Below are positions 38,502 through 48,508 of a stretch of 64,000 nt of DNA, one piece after another. Below the pieces are notes generated by a model. The model saw nothing but the letters and a program-made list of their open reading frames with translations. It was not told the origin of the DNA and did not search any database. Position 1 is the stretch's first letter, and every line of letters starts with the position of its first letter. Made by a program: the position numbers and the translations under genes. The stretch comes from an uncultured Fibrobacterota bacterium (GTDB lineage Bacteria; Fibrobacterota; Chitinivibrionia; Chitinivibrionales; FEN-1185): assembly GCA_963729895.1 (NCBI GenBank), contig CAVSQB010000008.1, positions 65,907 through 129,906 on the forward strand. Direction: 5' to 3'.

Positions 38502-39827
38502 TCAGGAAATTTTCTTGAGCCGCGCACCGAATATGCCGTCCAATTTGTGTTCGTACGGCGTGATCTTGACAAATCCGTCTGCGCTGATGTATGCCGCAGG
38601 AATTCCGTCCGGAGGGCGGTCGAGAACGAAGTCCGGACGCTCCTTCAGGAACGTTGCGACCGCGTTCTCATTTTCCTCAGGCTCAAGCGAACAGGTTGAG
38701 TAAACAAGCACTCCGCCTCTGGCAACGACACCCGACGCGGAAACAAGGAGATTTTTCTGCACCCCTGCCAGACGGCCCAGGTCCGACTCCGATTTTGTCC
38801 ATCTTCCCTCGGGATGGCGATGTAACACACCGGTGCCCGAGCACGGCGCGTCGAGAAGGACCTTGTTGAATGTTCCCTTGAACGGAAGGGCCGTGCCGTT
38901 GCACATCACCGGTACTATGGTGGTAAGCCGAAGGCGCCGAAACGTGCTCCGCGCGAGATCCATCCTGTTCTTTCGTATTTCGCAGGCGACCACCCTGCCG
39001 TTTGCACCCGCAAGTTCGGCGGCCAGCGCGCTTTTCCCGCCGGGTGCGCTGCAGACGTCGAGAGCGCGCTCCCCCTGCGTCACGTCCAGGAGCGCGACGA
39101 TCCAACCTGATGAAGGCGCCTGCACCGTGCACTCGCCTTCCTTGAAAAGCGGAATCATCCCGGGCACCGCCTGCCTGCGCAGCCTGTAGTACAAGTTGAG
39201 GTACCCGGTGGCGCCGTCGCACAAATCACCCAGTTCGGTTTCAACCTGCTGTCGCGACACGCCGCGAAGTCTTCTCCGGAGAAATATATCGGGGGTTTCG
39301 TTGTTGAACGACAGCAACAGTTTTGTTTTGGAAAGCCCGAGCCTGGCAAGCCACCGCCTCACCATCCATTCAGGATGCGAAAACTCCACGGAAAGCCTGC
39401 GTCCGAGGTCTTTCTGTGGATCAGGCAGCTTGATACGTTTCCTGTTCTTGATAAGATTTCGCAACGTGGCATTGACGAGCCCTGAAAGATGCTCCGTGCG
39501 CCGCGATAACCTGGTGAGGTTCACGGATTCATTGACACTTGCGTGATCGGGCACCCTGTCCATGTACAGGATCTGGTATGCACCAATATGGAGGATGCGC
39601 ATGGCAAACTGGTCTTCCAGAACCGCAGGGTCTTCAACGAATTGCGCCAGCACGTGATCGAGCGTGAGCCTGCGCCGCATGACACCGTGCACGATCTCGT
39701 ATACGAACCGTGTATCGCGGTGGTCAATGACGTTCTGCGATAGTTCGCGCTCGATGACGGTGTCGAGCACTCCCGGCCTCCTGTCCCACGCGGACAATAT
39801 CCTCAGCGAAATTGCGCGCGCGTTCAC
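38502..39827 (-). CDS. rsmB: 16S rRNA m5C967 methyltransferase RsmB/Sun
   Basis: NusB-like N-terminus (VPDHASVNESV, GLVNATLR); DVCSAPGGKS; LLDAPCSGTG; YSTCSLEPEEN; GTG start overlaps fmt stop. Confidence 0.93.
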   Translation of the reverse strand: MNARAISLRILSAWDRRPGVLDTVIERELSQNVIDHRDTRFVYEIVHGVMRRRLTLDHVLAQFVEDPAVLEDQFAMRILHIGAYQILYMDRVPDHASVNESVNLTRLSRRTEHLSGLVNATLRNLIKNRKRIKLPDPQKDLGRRLSVEFSHPEWMVRRWLARLGLSKTKLLLSFNNETPDIFLRRRLRGVSRQQVETELGDLCDGATGYLNLYYRLRRQAVPGMIPLFKEGECTVQAPSSGWIVALLDVTQGERALDVCSAPGGKSALAAELAGANGRVVACEIRKNRMDLARSTFRRLRLTTIVPVMCNGTALPFKGTFNKVLLDAPCSGTGVLHRHPEGRWTKSESDLGRLAGVQKNLLVSASGVVARGGVLVYSTCSLEPEENENAVATFLKERPDFVLDRPPDGIPAAYISADGFVKITPYEHKLDGIFGARLKKIS

Positions 39828-40777
39828 GAAAACCTCGTTCCTATGCCGATTCCCCTGCCGTTTGCGAAATCGCGGGCAGCCATGGTCTTCTTGCCTTCCG
39901 GCCTTACCAGAATGACCCGTATCCGGCCGCTTGCGCACTGCACGTCGAACCCGTCTTGTGCGACAGCCACCACGGTTCCCGGCGCTTCCGCTGCGGTATC
40001 TCTTTCGCCGGCAACAACGCCCCATTCGACGGTAATGCGCAGATCGTCAAGAAAGGTCTGGGCGCCGGGAAACGGCTTGAAAGCCCGGATCATATCGAAG
40101 ATCTCCATCGCGGGGCGATTCCAATTTATCCTGCCTTCGGCTTTTGTGAGTTTCGGGGCGCCGCATGCCAGCGTTGTGTCTTGCCTTGCAAAGACCGCAG
40201 AACCGGACGCAACAAGCTCAAGCGCTTCTACGAGCGCTTGGGCGCCAAGCCTTGACAGGCGCTCACTGAGTTGCGGTGCAGTTTCCTCTTGACCGATATC
40301 GGTCTTCCTGGCTAGAATGATTTCACCGGTATCAACACCGGCGTCGATGCGGAAAATGGTTACTCCGGTTTCCTTATCCCCTGCTGCAATCGCCCTCTGC
40401 ACCGGCGCCGGCCCGCGATACCGTGGCAGCAACGAGGCATGAATATTGTAAGTCCCAAGCCGTGGAATGGCGAACACGGCCTTGGGGAGTATCCTGAATG
40501 CTGCAACCACAAAAACGTCTGCAGCAAGGTTTCTAAGTTCATCCGCAAACGAAACCGCGGCAAGGGATTGCGGAGTTAGTACGGGCGCATATCCGGATTT
40601 CTTTGCGTAAGTGACCAAAGGGGAATCGTGCAGCGCCAGGCCGCGGCCCTTGGGACTGGCCGGCGTGCTCACGATTCCTGCCACATCATGCCCCTTGTTT
40701 TTCAACGCCTCCAAGGCCGGAACGCCGAACTCTGTGGAACCCATGAACACAACGCGCACCAGTTCCTCCGGCAGCAA
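39824..40777 (-). CDS. fmt: methionyl-tRNA formyltransferase
   Basis: VVFMGSTEF, NIHASLLPRYRGPAP, ETGVTIF, DTG; the start may be GTG 40759. Confidence 0.95.
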   Translation of the reverse strand: MLPEELVRVVFMGSTEFGVPALEALKNKGHDVAGIVSTPASPKGRGLALHDSPLVTYAKKSGYAPVLTPQSLAAVSFADELRNLAADVFVVAAFRILPKAVFAIPRLGTYNIHASLLPRYRGPAPVQRAIAAGDKETGVTIFRIDAGVDTGEIILARKTDIGQEETAPQLSERLSRLGAQALVEALELVASGSAVFARQDTTLACGAPKLTKAEGRINWNRPAMEIFDMIRAFKPFPGAQTFLDDLRITVEWGVVAGERDTAAEAPGTVVAVAQDGFDVQCASGRIRVILVRPEGKKTMAARDFANGRGIGIGTRFS

Positions 40778-41034
40778 GGGAAATTAACCCGGCGCAACAC
40801 CCGCTGCAGCACATTGCGGAACCGCACCCGGAAGGGAAAGTATCAAGGAGCGGGGATATATTGCGGCAGCCGCCAACCAAATGAACTCATTAAAATACAT
40901 GAAAAAACCGACGCCACATATAACTACGTTGTTGTTGCAATGTAAACCTGCCATGACTTAATTTCCCATAAAGCGCTTTCTTATCAGAAACTTGCAACCA
41001 CCTGATAAAAATCATTTTACTATAAGGAGTTCTT

Positions 41035-41421
41035 ATGTCGTCCGTATCGTTTGCGCCGATTGTCGACCTGAACGCCTATTGCCGTTTTTGCCAGAAGATT
41101 CTTCCTGCCCACTTGGACAGGAGCATTGCGGGGAACGGAAGGCTGTTAGATAAAGAATCAACTTTTGAGTACTTCTGCACAAAATGCCGCAAGACTTTTT
41201 GCTACGCGGGAAAGGATCTGCTTCCCTCCGAAGATGCATCGAAGACAGATTCCGAGCCCAGGGATTATGTCCCGAAGAATCATTATGTTGTCGGCGAGAA
41301 GATATCCCATAAGAAATTCAAGGAAACAGGGCTTGTGGTGGGCAAGGACCGTGGCGTACCGGCCCGGATACTTGTTCAATTTGAAAAATCCGGGCTCAAG
41401 AAGCTGGTTGAAGACATCTGA
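41035..41421 (+). CDS. small protein with Zn-ribbon and C-terminal Tudor/SH3-like domain
   Basis: CRFC...CTKC; YVVGEKISHKKF..GLVV...ILVQFEKSGLKKLV; AAGGAG SD. Confidence 0.75.
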   Translation: MSSVSFAPIVDLNAYCRFCQKILPAHLDRSIAGNGRLLDKESTFEYFCTKCRKTFCYAGKDLLPSEDASKTDSEPRDYVPKNHYVVGEKISHKKFKETGLVVGKDRGVPARILVQFEKSGLKKLVEDI

Positions 41422-41470
41422 TTGGGAACGTCGGGCTGCCAAAAGCGCTGCGCAAAGAAATCGGCATCAC

Positions 41471-41974
41471 ATGCGGCATTGCAAGAAAGTTCACCTGGCT
41501 CTTGTTCCGGTCTTTCTCGCGCTTGTCGCTTTCTTTTCCTCCGGTTCATCCGCTCCTTCCAAACCGGACTCTGTTTCCCAGGCCTTGCAATCTCCGGCGG
41601 ATGTGCAATCGGGCACTTCTGCAGACACCTCACTCATTATAGAAGACCTGTCAAAGAAGAAGACTGTTCCGCAATCCGGGCCTGTTTCCGGCAAGACTCC
41701 GGCCGCCCCTGTCAAGGACCCGCTGGCAGCGACGTCAATTGCCCGGGATACTGCGCAGGTCAATACCAGAGAGTTGTTTCGGGACCTTGGCACATTCCAT
41801 AAGGCCATGGGAATCTACATGGTTGCGGCAGGCGCGCTTGCCGTGATCTCGGGTGCTGCGGTGTTGGACAAACAAGACATCCTCCCTCTTTCTCTCTCCC
41901 TCATCACCCTTGGGGGGATTACCGCAGGAATAGGAACATGGGAGATAACCGTCGGAAGGACCATGTCCAAGTAA
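41471..41974 (+). CDS. hypothetical membrane protein
   Basis: Signal peptide, low-complexity S/P/T linker, two C-terminal hydrophobic helices. Confidence 0.6.
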   Translation: MRHCKKVHLALVPVFLALVAFFSSGSSAPSKPDSVSQALQSPADVQSGTSADTSLIIEDLSKKKTVPQSGPVSGKTPAAPVKDPLAATSIARDTAQVNTRELFRDLGTFHKAMGIYMVAAGALAVISGAAVLDKQDILPLSLSLITLGGITAGIGTWEITVGRTMSK

Positions 41975-42080
41975 TGTTTCTTCCCAGGGTTTGACCAAAA
42001 AGACCCGGTTCAGGTCGAGCAAAAACCGAACAATCGGCATAACCGTGCAGTATCTTCCAATGACCGGAGAGGACACAAAC

Positions 42081-42629
42081 ATGAAGAGCCTTCGTCGTCC
42101 CCGCGTTTCCGACCGCCGCCTTCTGTGGGCCCTCTTTCTGTTCATTGCACTTTTCCATTATCCCGCAGCTGCGCAGAAGCTTACGGTTGACCTGCGCAAG
42201 ATCGGCCATATTGCTCCCAACGGCCGGGTTCAGGACAAGGAATACAATCCAAACCTTTCGGTGGTGGACCAACTCATCTCGGCCGGGCCGGATGCCATTC
42301 CCTTTCTCGTGTCAAAGCTGGAAGATTCAACGGTCATCCGCGGACGGGTCCTGGACTCCTGGCCACGGGTACGCGTCGGCGATGTGGCATGGTTCATTTT
42401 GTACGACTTCTTCACAACCAGGAGCCTTGTTTCCACGCTCCCGGACCCGGGATTATTTGCGATCATCGGCGGTGAGGATCAGGGCCAGCCGGGCTGGAAG
42501 TCGTGGGCCGCGGTTGTCAGGAAATACGGCCGCGCCGGAATCCGTAAAGGTGTTGAGGCGATTCTCAAGCCCTACCAGGGAAAATTCCTCTGGAATCCGG
42601 CGGAGCGGTGCTTTATTGTGACGGAGTGA
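42081..42629 (+). CDS. hypothetical secreted protein
   Basis: GGAGAGGA SD; signal peptide LLWALFLFIALFHYPAAA; HEAT-like AGPDAIPFLVSKLED. Confidence 0.65.
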   Translation: MKSLRRPRVSDRRLLWALFLFIALFHYPAAAQKLTVDLRKIGHIAPNGRVQDKEYNPNLSVVDQLISAGPDAIPFLVSKLEDSTVIRGRVLDSWPRVRVGDVAWFILYDFFTTRSLVSTLPDPGLFAIIGGEDQGQPGWKSWAAVVRKYGRAGIRKGVEAILKPYQGKFLWNPAERCFIVTE

Positions 42630-42634
42630 GTGGA

Positions 42635-42791
42635 ATTGCGGATCGCGGATTGATGATTGCGGAATAAAAGAACCAGCCGCGTTTCCAAATTGATGATTGC
42701 CCATTGCCACACGGCGCAGGCCGGACGTTCACTTTGCAGAACAACCCGGGGTCTTGGTCAATCCGCATTCCGAAATCCCCAATCCGCAATC
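42635..42791. repeat. inverted pair of degenerate heptamer tandem arrays between convergent genes
   Basis: ATTGCGG-ATCGCGG-ATTGATG-ATTGCGG (42635-42662) facing CCGCATT-CCGAAAT-CCCCAAT-CCGCAAT (42763-42790). Confidence 0.7.
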
Positions 42792-42799
42792 ACAACGTC

Positions 42800-43822
42800 C
42801 TATTTGTATACGTCGTCCTTCTTCAGGTAATCAGACAAAATAAGGGCGGAGTCGAGGTTGCCTTTGTCAACTGCGATGGGATCGCACAGGATGGCCGGTA
42901 CATCGATCTTGCCGTTGTTCACCTTCCCGTTTATCATTGCAACGGGCTGGCCCATGGCCATTGCCAGCGCGGCCTGAACGGCAACGGCGCCCAGCTTGCG
43001 CGTGTTCTTGTACACGGTCATGGCTTGCGTGCCCTTCACGATGCGCTGCGCGGCCGCAAGCTCCGCGTCCTGTCCCGTCACCGGCACTTTTCCCGCGAGT
43101 TTCTGCGCCTCGAGCGCCGCGATGCACCCGCCCGCAATACCGTCGTTGGGCGCCAGCACGGCGTTTATCTTGTTCTTGGCAGTCGCGAGCGCGGCGGCCA
43201 TTATCTTCTGCGCTTCGTCGGGCCGCCAATCTTGTACCCACCGATCGACCGCCACGGTGATATCTTTTTTATCAATGAGCGGCTGCAGGTATTTCATGGC
43301 GCCCCGGCGGAACAATGCGGAGTTGTTGTCGTCCGGGGAACCGGCAAGCACCACGTACACGCCCTTGGGGACCAGGTTGGTGATGTAGCGCCCCTGGAGC
43401 TCACCCACTTTTACGTTGTCGAACGATACATACAGATCGACATCTGATCCAAGGATCATCCTGTCGTAGGCAATGACCTTCACTCCGGCCTTGTGGGCTT
43501 TTTCGACGATGGCGGCAGCCGCCTTCCCGTCTTGCGGCGCTACAATGAGAACCTTTGCGCCTTGGGCGATGAGGCTGTCGCATTGTTGTTCCTGCAACCC
43601 TGCGCTGTTATCCGATATACGCAGGGCAAACTCCAGCCCAATATCCCGGCACACTTGTTCCATTTTCGCCTTGTCGCGCACCCACCGTTCCTCCCTCTGC
43701 GTGGGAAGCGACACGCCCACCTTGGGAACCGCCTGGACCTCTTTTTTGCCGCCGGAGCAGCAAAGGATTCCCACACCAAGTGCCGCAGCACACAAACAAA
43801 CCGCAATCTCGTTCTTCTTCAT
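42800..43822 (-). CDS. sugar-binding lipoprotein, XylF/ChvE family
   Basis: Lipobox-like ILCC; GVSLPTQREERWVRD, VIAYDRMI, YVSFDNVKVG, GSPDDNN, LAPNDGIAGG, VTGQDA, QAMTVYK; GAGGAGG SD. Confidence 0.9.
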   Translation of the reverse strand: MKKNEIAVCLCAAALGVGILCCSGGKKEVQAVPKVGVSLPTQREERWVRDKAKMEQVCRDIGLEFALRISDNSAGLQEQQCDSLIAQGAKVLIVAPQDGKAAAAIVEKAHKAGVKVIAYDRMILGSDVDLYVSFDNVKVGELQGRYITNLVPKGVYVVLAGSPDDNNSALFRRGAMKYLQPLIDKKDITVAVDRWVQDWRPDEAQKIMAAALATAKNKINAVLAPNDGIAGGCIAALEAQKLAGKVPVTGQDAELAAAQRIVKGTQAMTVYKNTRKLGAVAVQAALAMAMGQPVAMINGKVNNGKIDVPAILCDPIAVDKGNLDSALILSDYLKKDDVYK

Positions 43823-44096
43823 GGGTACCTCCTCGTTGTTTTCGATTCCCGCCGCAATGCTCCTGTCCGATGATATAAAATATAGCCCTGCCTTACGCCG
43901 CACAAGCGGCATGAAAGAAATTGGAACACACGGCACGGAAATCACGTGACCGTCGTTGCATTCTCCGGGCTGCCGCGGGAACCTTGAGGCGAGCCTGCTT
44001 CAGACTCTTGACGAATGGCCACGAGAGCTTTCCAGCGGGAAAACACGGGCTGCGCGCGAGGTTGTAATGAAAAGAGACTTTTTGAACCGAGAGAGC

Positions 44097-45122
44097 CTAG
44101 AACCCGGCGATGAGAGTTACTGCTATTGCCGGATCCAAGTCGTCGAGAAGTTGGACGGCGGCGTCAACGCCCATGTTCACTCTTCCGATGTCGGTGTTGA
44201 CACCCACGCCGAAGCACAATCCGGCCCAGTTGTTCTTCGTGTATCCTGCGGAAGACTCGCCTTGCAATACCCTGAGTTGAGCTTCCAGATCGGGTTCGGC
44301 CCAGGCGTATCCTGCGCGGAGGGTGAGGTACTTTTTGTAAACGTCGAGCTCGCCGCCCAGTTTGTAGGTGAGAAAACCGTCCGCAGGCTGGGAAAGGTCG
44401 AGGGCAAGCCGCAGGTTGGGGATGTAATCGGGAGAATAGGAAACGCCGGCGGTAACCGAAAACGGCATTTTGAGATCTTCCGTCTCGTCGGAGTAGCTTG
44501 AGATCATGAATCCGGCGTTGTTGAATGCAAGCCCGGCAATCACGCGCGATCCCAACCACCGGTATTGCAGCCCTCCCTGTACCACCACGGCGTCTGCGGA
44601 AACGTGCTGGTCCGGGCCGCCCGAGTTTCCGATGTAGTCATGGATCTCGCGCAAGGAACCGCCGACCGACAGGTTTTCCCACACGACCTTTGCCCAGGTA
44701 AGGCTTCCGGCAATCGAATACGAATTCCATGTGACACCGGTTGCAACCGGACTGCCGTCCGGGCCTTCGGCAACTCCGGCCAGCGAACCGTAGGTGACGC
44801 TGACGATGTTGAGCGCAAAGGTTCCTAGGGTGGGGTACGGGATTGCAACCGCGACAGGGCCGCCCCACACGTCGTCGATAATCGACCGGTACCCGCACAC
44901 TACTTGACGTTTTGATACATACCCAAGGGCCGCGGGATTTACCACAACGCCATACAGATCGTTGGGCATGGCAACCGCTGCGCCGCCCATCGCAATGGTG
45001 CGTGCATCGTAGTCGAGATTGAGAAATGCAAATGCGCTCGTGCCTGCCTGGTCTGCCTGCGCCAAAATCGAACCGGTGAAGCAGACGGCGGCGCATACCG
45101 CAAGCGCGAGTTTTTTGATCAT
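44097..45122 (-). CDS. PorV/PorQ family outer-membrane protein
   Basis: GTSAFAFLNL..DARTIAMGGA...VNPAALG N-terminal motif; LTLRAGY; C-terminal Phe. Confidence 0.8.
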   Translation of the reverse strand: MIKKLALAVCAAVCFTGSILAQADQAGTSAFAFLNLDYDARTIAMGGAAVAMPNDLYGVVVNPAALGYVSKRQVVCGYRSIIDDVWGGPVAVAIPYPTLGTFALNIVSVTYGSLAGVAEGPDGSPVATGVTWNSYSIAGSLTWAKVVWENLSVGGSLREIHDYIGNSGGPDQHVSADAVVVQGGLQYRWLGSRVIAGLAFNNAGFMISSYSDETEDLKMPFSVTAGVSYSPDYIPNLRLALDLSQPADGFLTYKLGGELDVYKKYLTLRAGYAWAEPDLEAQLRVLQGESSAGYTKNNWAGLCFGVGVNTDIGRVNMGVDAAVQLLDDLDPAIAVTLIAGF

Positions 45123-45838
45123 GGCGAGAAAGCCTTCCGCGGGTTCACCGTAAGCGCATGATATTTGACATAAAAATAATTATTGTTGAAAGGAATAATC
45201 CGTATTTCTTTGGGATGTCCGGAGAGAAAACCGCAAAAAATTACCTTTCCCCCGCTTCCTTCTCGGACACTGTATGTTATTTCGGACAGGCGATGGCTTT
45301 TATTATCGAGCGAGACCGAAATATCGGCCGGCCGGCCGTAAAACCGGCGCGCCTTCCACAAAAGACGGGTTGTTTTCCTGTCGGTAAACATGGAATCGGG
45401 CGGAGTGCCAAGGTCGGTGCGGCAGGGGTACCGCAGGGTCAAGGCGGCCAGCAACTCTTCCCAGGTAAGCGGATATTCCAAGAATTCCTGGCCGACTCGG
45501 ACCCGTTGCGTCGGATGCTGCATATATTGGGAATCGCCGGCGGAAACGAGCCAACGCACGGCGGTAACCGACTTTATTGACGCAAACGTCATGCCCAGCG
45601 GGCCGTAGAATTGCACGGAAAAAGCCGAATCGCCGTTCCAGGAAATGTCGAAGCTTGCGAAAAATTGCTCGCCGTTTTGCGTAAACACCGCGGTACCGTT
45701 TCCCTTGAGTGAACGGATGGTGTCCGATGACAAAATAGAAATAAGTGAGGCCCGCGCAGCGTCCATGGTGAGCGGCGGACGCACCGTGCACGAAAAACAG
45801 ATTACGAAGCTGAGGATAGCCAGGGTTGATTTATGCAT
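45119..45838 (-). CDS. lipoprotein, LolB/DUF4292-like fold (tentative)
   Basis: Lipobox CFSC; SLKGNG, VQFYGPLG resemble LolB-like proteins; lies downstream of a TPR lipoprotein gene. Confidence 0.5.
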   Translation of the reverse strand: MHKSTLAILSFVICFSCTVRPPLTMDAARASLISILSSDTIRSLKGNGTAVFTQNGEQFFASFDISWNGDSAFSVQFYGPLGMTFASIKSVTAVRWLVSAGDSQYMQHPTQRVRVGQEFLEYPLTWEELLAALTLRYPCRTDLGTPPDSMFTDRKTTRLLWKARRFYGRPADISVSLDNKSHRLSEITYSVREGSGGKVIFCGFLSGHPKEIRIIPFNNNYFYVKYHALTVNPRKAFSP

Positions 45839-45939
45839 ATATTTCGAGCACAGGGCAGTGGTGCATCGTGAAGAAAAACCGGGCGTTCCCCCCGCCGGTT
45901 TTGACGACGGAGGCTCGTTCCACACCGATCAGCAATCTC

Positions 45940-47733
45940 TCATTTTCCTGATTTCTTCACTTCCCCGTTCACGCCCGGCTTCGGCTCCAGGGCGCGGATT
46001 CTGTCACGCACGTGGACGCATTCATCCGAAGCGGCGTCAACCTCGATACTCTTTTTGTACGCGTCAAGCGCTTCGCGCTCCCTGCCCATCTTCAGCAGGA
46101 TATCGCCGAAGTGGCTGAGCACCACACCGTCGTCGTTTATGTGCCCAAGCGCCTTACGGATGTACACAAGGGCGCTGTCGGTCTTCCCCATTTTGTAAAG
46201 CACCCATGCATACGAGTCGAGGAAGGCGCCGTTCGCCGAATCGTGAGCGAGGGCAAATTCCAGCAGCGTTTTCGCGCTGTCGAGATGAATCCCCGCATCG
46301 GCCCACATGTACCCGAGGTAATTGGCTGCAGCGGCATCGTCGGGCTTGAGAGCAAGCACCCGGCGGAACGCCGCGGCCGACGATGCGGCGTCTTTTGTGC
46401 GCTCGAGCGCGCTGCCCAGTTCGTACCAGGCAAAGGAGTCAAGGGAGTCGAGCCCAATGGCCTTTCGCAGAGGTGAAAGCGCCCGCTGGAATTCCTTGCG
46501 CACGTTGTACACGTACCCGAGCGTGCGCCATGACGCTCCGGCGGATGGCATGCTTTTTGTGAACAGCCGCGCGTCAGCAAGCGCCTCATCCATTTCCTTC
46601 TGTTTTAGGTCCAGGAAGCTTATTTGCAGCCACGCGTCGGCAAAGTCATTGCGGATCGCGAGCGTCTTTTCAAACTCCACCCGCGAGATGTCGAGGCTGT
46701 CCTGGCCCTCGTACGCAAGCCCCAGATAGAAATGCAACTCGTAGTCCTCGATGTCGGAAGCAAGCATGGTGCGGATAAGAGACTTTGCGCGCTCGTACCG
46801 GTTTGCGTAGTAATAGAGGAGCGCAAGGGTCTTGCCGAACAGCTCGCCGGTGCTGTCGGAGGCATACAGCCTTTCGTAATAGGGAATTGCCGCCGCATAG
46901 TCGTTTTTGTGAATATACGCCTGGGCGATGTTCCGAACGCCCTCCAGGTAGTTGGAATCGATCATCACCGCCATTTTGAAAAAGTCAAGCGCAAGCGCGC
47001 TGTCCCCTTTTGCGCGTTTGACCTCCCCTATGGCGTTGAACAATTGAGGGCTCTGGCCGTTGTTCTTTCCGGCCGCCACAAACAGGCTTTCCGCAGCGCC
47101 GTATTCTTTGAGCCTGGCATAGAGAGACCCCACCTTGAGCGTCATATCGATTGACGAAGGATCTTCTTTGAGAAATCCTTTGTAGTTTACAAGCGCCTTG
47201 GGAATGTTTCCGAGGGACTCGTACAGGAGTCCCAACATGTAGTATTCCTCCTTATGCTTGTTCGCAACCGATTCAAGGAGTTCCGCGGCCCGGGAATATT
47301 GGCCCATCCTCATGTAAATGCCTGCGCACAATGCCTTGTCGGAATCGGAAAGGTTGACTTCTCTTTTCGCGCCCCGGATGCAGAGGAGGGCCTGGTTGAA
47401 CTTCGATGAAAAGATGTAGCGTTGGACCAGGATTTCCCTCAAGGTCTTCGACTCGGGTTCCAGCTCGTAGGCCGTTTCGTAGTACCGCAACGCCATCTGC
47501 GGAAGCCCGTGCCGCTCGCATTCGCGGGCCCTTATGAAATATTCCTGGGCCCGGCGGTGAGAATACCATTCTTTGGAATGCCGCTCAACAGGTTTGATAA
47601 GCGGGAATCTCGTGGCGGTACAGCCCGCCGTGAGCACAAGCGCGCAGAGCGCGGCAACCCCGGCGGCGCCGCACGCGTTTCTTTTTCCACAACGATGGTT
47701 GGAAGCGCCTGCGCGCTCGTTCGTGCTGTGCAT
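45940..47733 (-). CDS. TPR-repeat lipoprotein
   Basis: Lipobox LTAGC; many TPRs; C-terminal ANYLGYMWAD...AFLDSYAWVLYK...LSHFGDIL. Confidence 0.88.
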   Translation of the reverse strand: MHSTNERAGASNHRCGKRNACGAAGVAALCALVLTAGCTATRFPLIKPVERHSKEWYSHRRAQEYFIRARECERHGLPQMALRYYETAYELEPESKTLREILVQRYIFSSKFNQALLCIRGAKREVNLSDSDKALCAGIYMRMGQYSRAAELLESVANKHKEEYYMLGLLYESLGNIPKALVNYKGFLKEDPSSIDMTLKVGSLYARLKEYGAAESLFVAAGKNNGQSPQLFNAIGEVKRAKGDSALALDFFKMAVMIDSNYLEGVRNIAQAYIHKNDYAAAIPYYERLYASDSTGELFGKTLALLYYYANRYERAKSLIRTMLASDIEDYELHFYLGLAYEGQDSLDISRVEFEKTLAIRNDFADAWLQISFLDLKQKEMDEALADARLFTKSMPSAGASWRTLGYVYNVRKEFQRALSPLRKAIGLDSLDSFAWYELGSALERTKDAASSAAAFRRVLALKPDDAAAANYLGYMWADAGIHLDSAKTLLEFALAHDSANGAFLDSYAWVLYKMGKTDSALVYIRKALGHINDDGVVLSHFGDILLKMGREREALDAYKKSIEVDAASDECVHVRDRIRALEPKPGVNGEVKKSGK

Positions 47734-47737
47734 GGGA

Positions 47738-48508
47738 TCAGTTGATGACCGAAACGACGACGTTGATGGAGCTCTCCAGCGGCACGCTGCTGCCGGGCGG
47801 CACCGATTGCGATACCACGGTCCCCGGGGATAGGGTCGCGTTGGTCTTGTAATCCAGGTTCCCGAGTTTGAGGCCTGCGTCTTCGATCTTCTTCTTGGCG
47901 TCAAGCAGACTTTCGCCGATCAGGTTGGGCATGTCCGCATGAGTGGGCTTTACGCCGTCGGAAATAACGAGGTCTATGGGCATTTCTTTGGAAATCGACG
48001 TACCCTGCGCCGGAGACAGGTGTATCACCATATCTTTTTCGAGCGAATCGGAAAAGTCCCTTTTTCTTTTTCCAATAATAAATCCTTCCTTGCGCAGCTC
48101 GGTCACCGCCTTGCGCTCCGTCAGCTTGCGCACATCGGGCACGACGCCGGCCTCGGAACCCTTGCTCACCACCGCAATCACCATACGACCTTTCTTTACC
48201 TGTTCGTCGGCGCCGGGCTGCTGATTGATGATGCAGTCCCTGGGGATTTTCTCGTCGTATTGCCGCGTGCGTATCTGCAGCCGGAGGCCGACATCAAACA
48301 GCCGCTGGCGGGCCTTCTCCCACGGAAGGTTCGCGAGGGACGGAACGGTGACGACCTGACGGTCGGTGTGGACGATCCCGGGCATTACTATTTTATCAAT
48401 TACGAAAATCGCCACCGCGGCGCCCGCAAGGCACACAACAACTGCCGACGGGAGGATTACCTTCCACACAAGGTCGGCGGGGATGTTAATCGAATAGCTT
48501 TTCTTCAT
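47738..48508 (-). CDS. membrane-anchored PASTA-domain protein (three PASTA domains, no kinase)
   Basis: TM helix; VPSLANL...VVSKG, VPDVRKL...VISDG, MPNLIGES...VVSQSVPPG. Confidence 0.9.
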   Translation of the reverse strand: MKKSYSINIPADLVWKVILPSAVVVCLAGAAVAIFVIDKIVMPGIVHTDRQVVTVPSLANLPWEKARQRLFDVGLRLQIRTRQYDEKIPRDCIINQQPGADEQVKKGRMVIAVVSKGSEAGVVPDVRKLTERKAVTELRKEGFIIGKRKRDFSDSLEKDMVIHLSPAQGTSISKEMPIDLVISDGVKPTHADMPNLIGESLLDAKKKIEDAGLKLGNLDYKTNATLSPGTVVSQSVPPGSSVPLESSINVVVSVIN

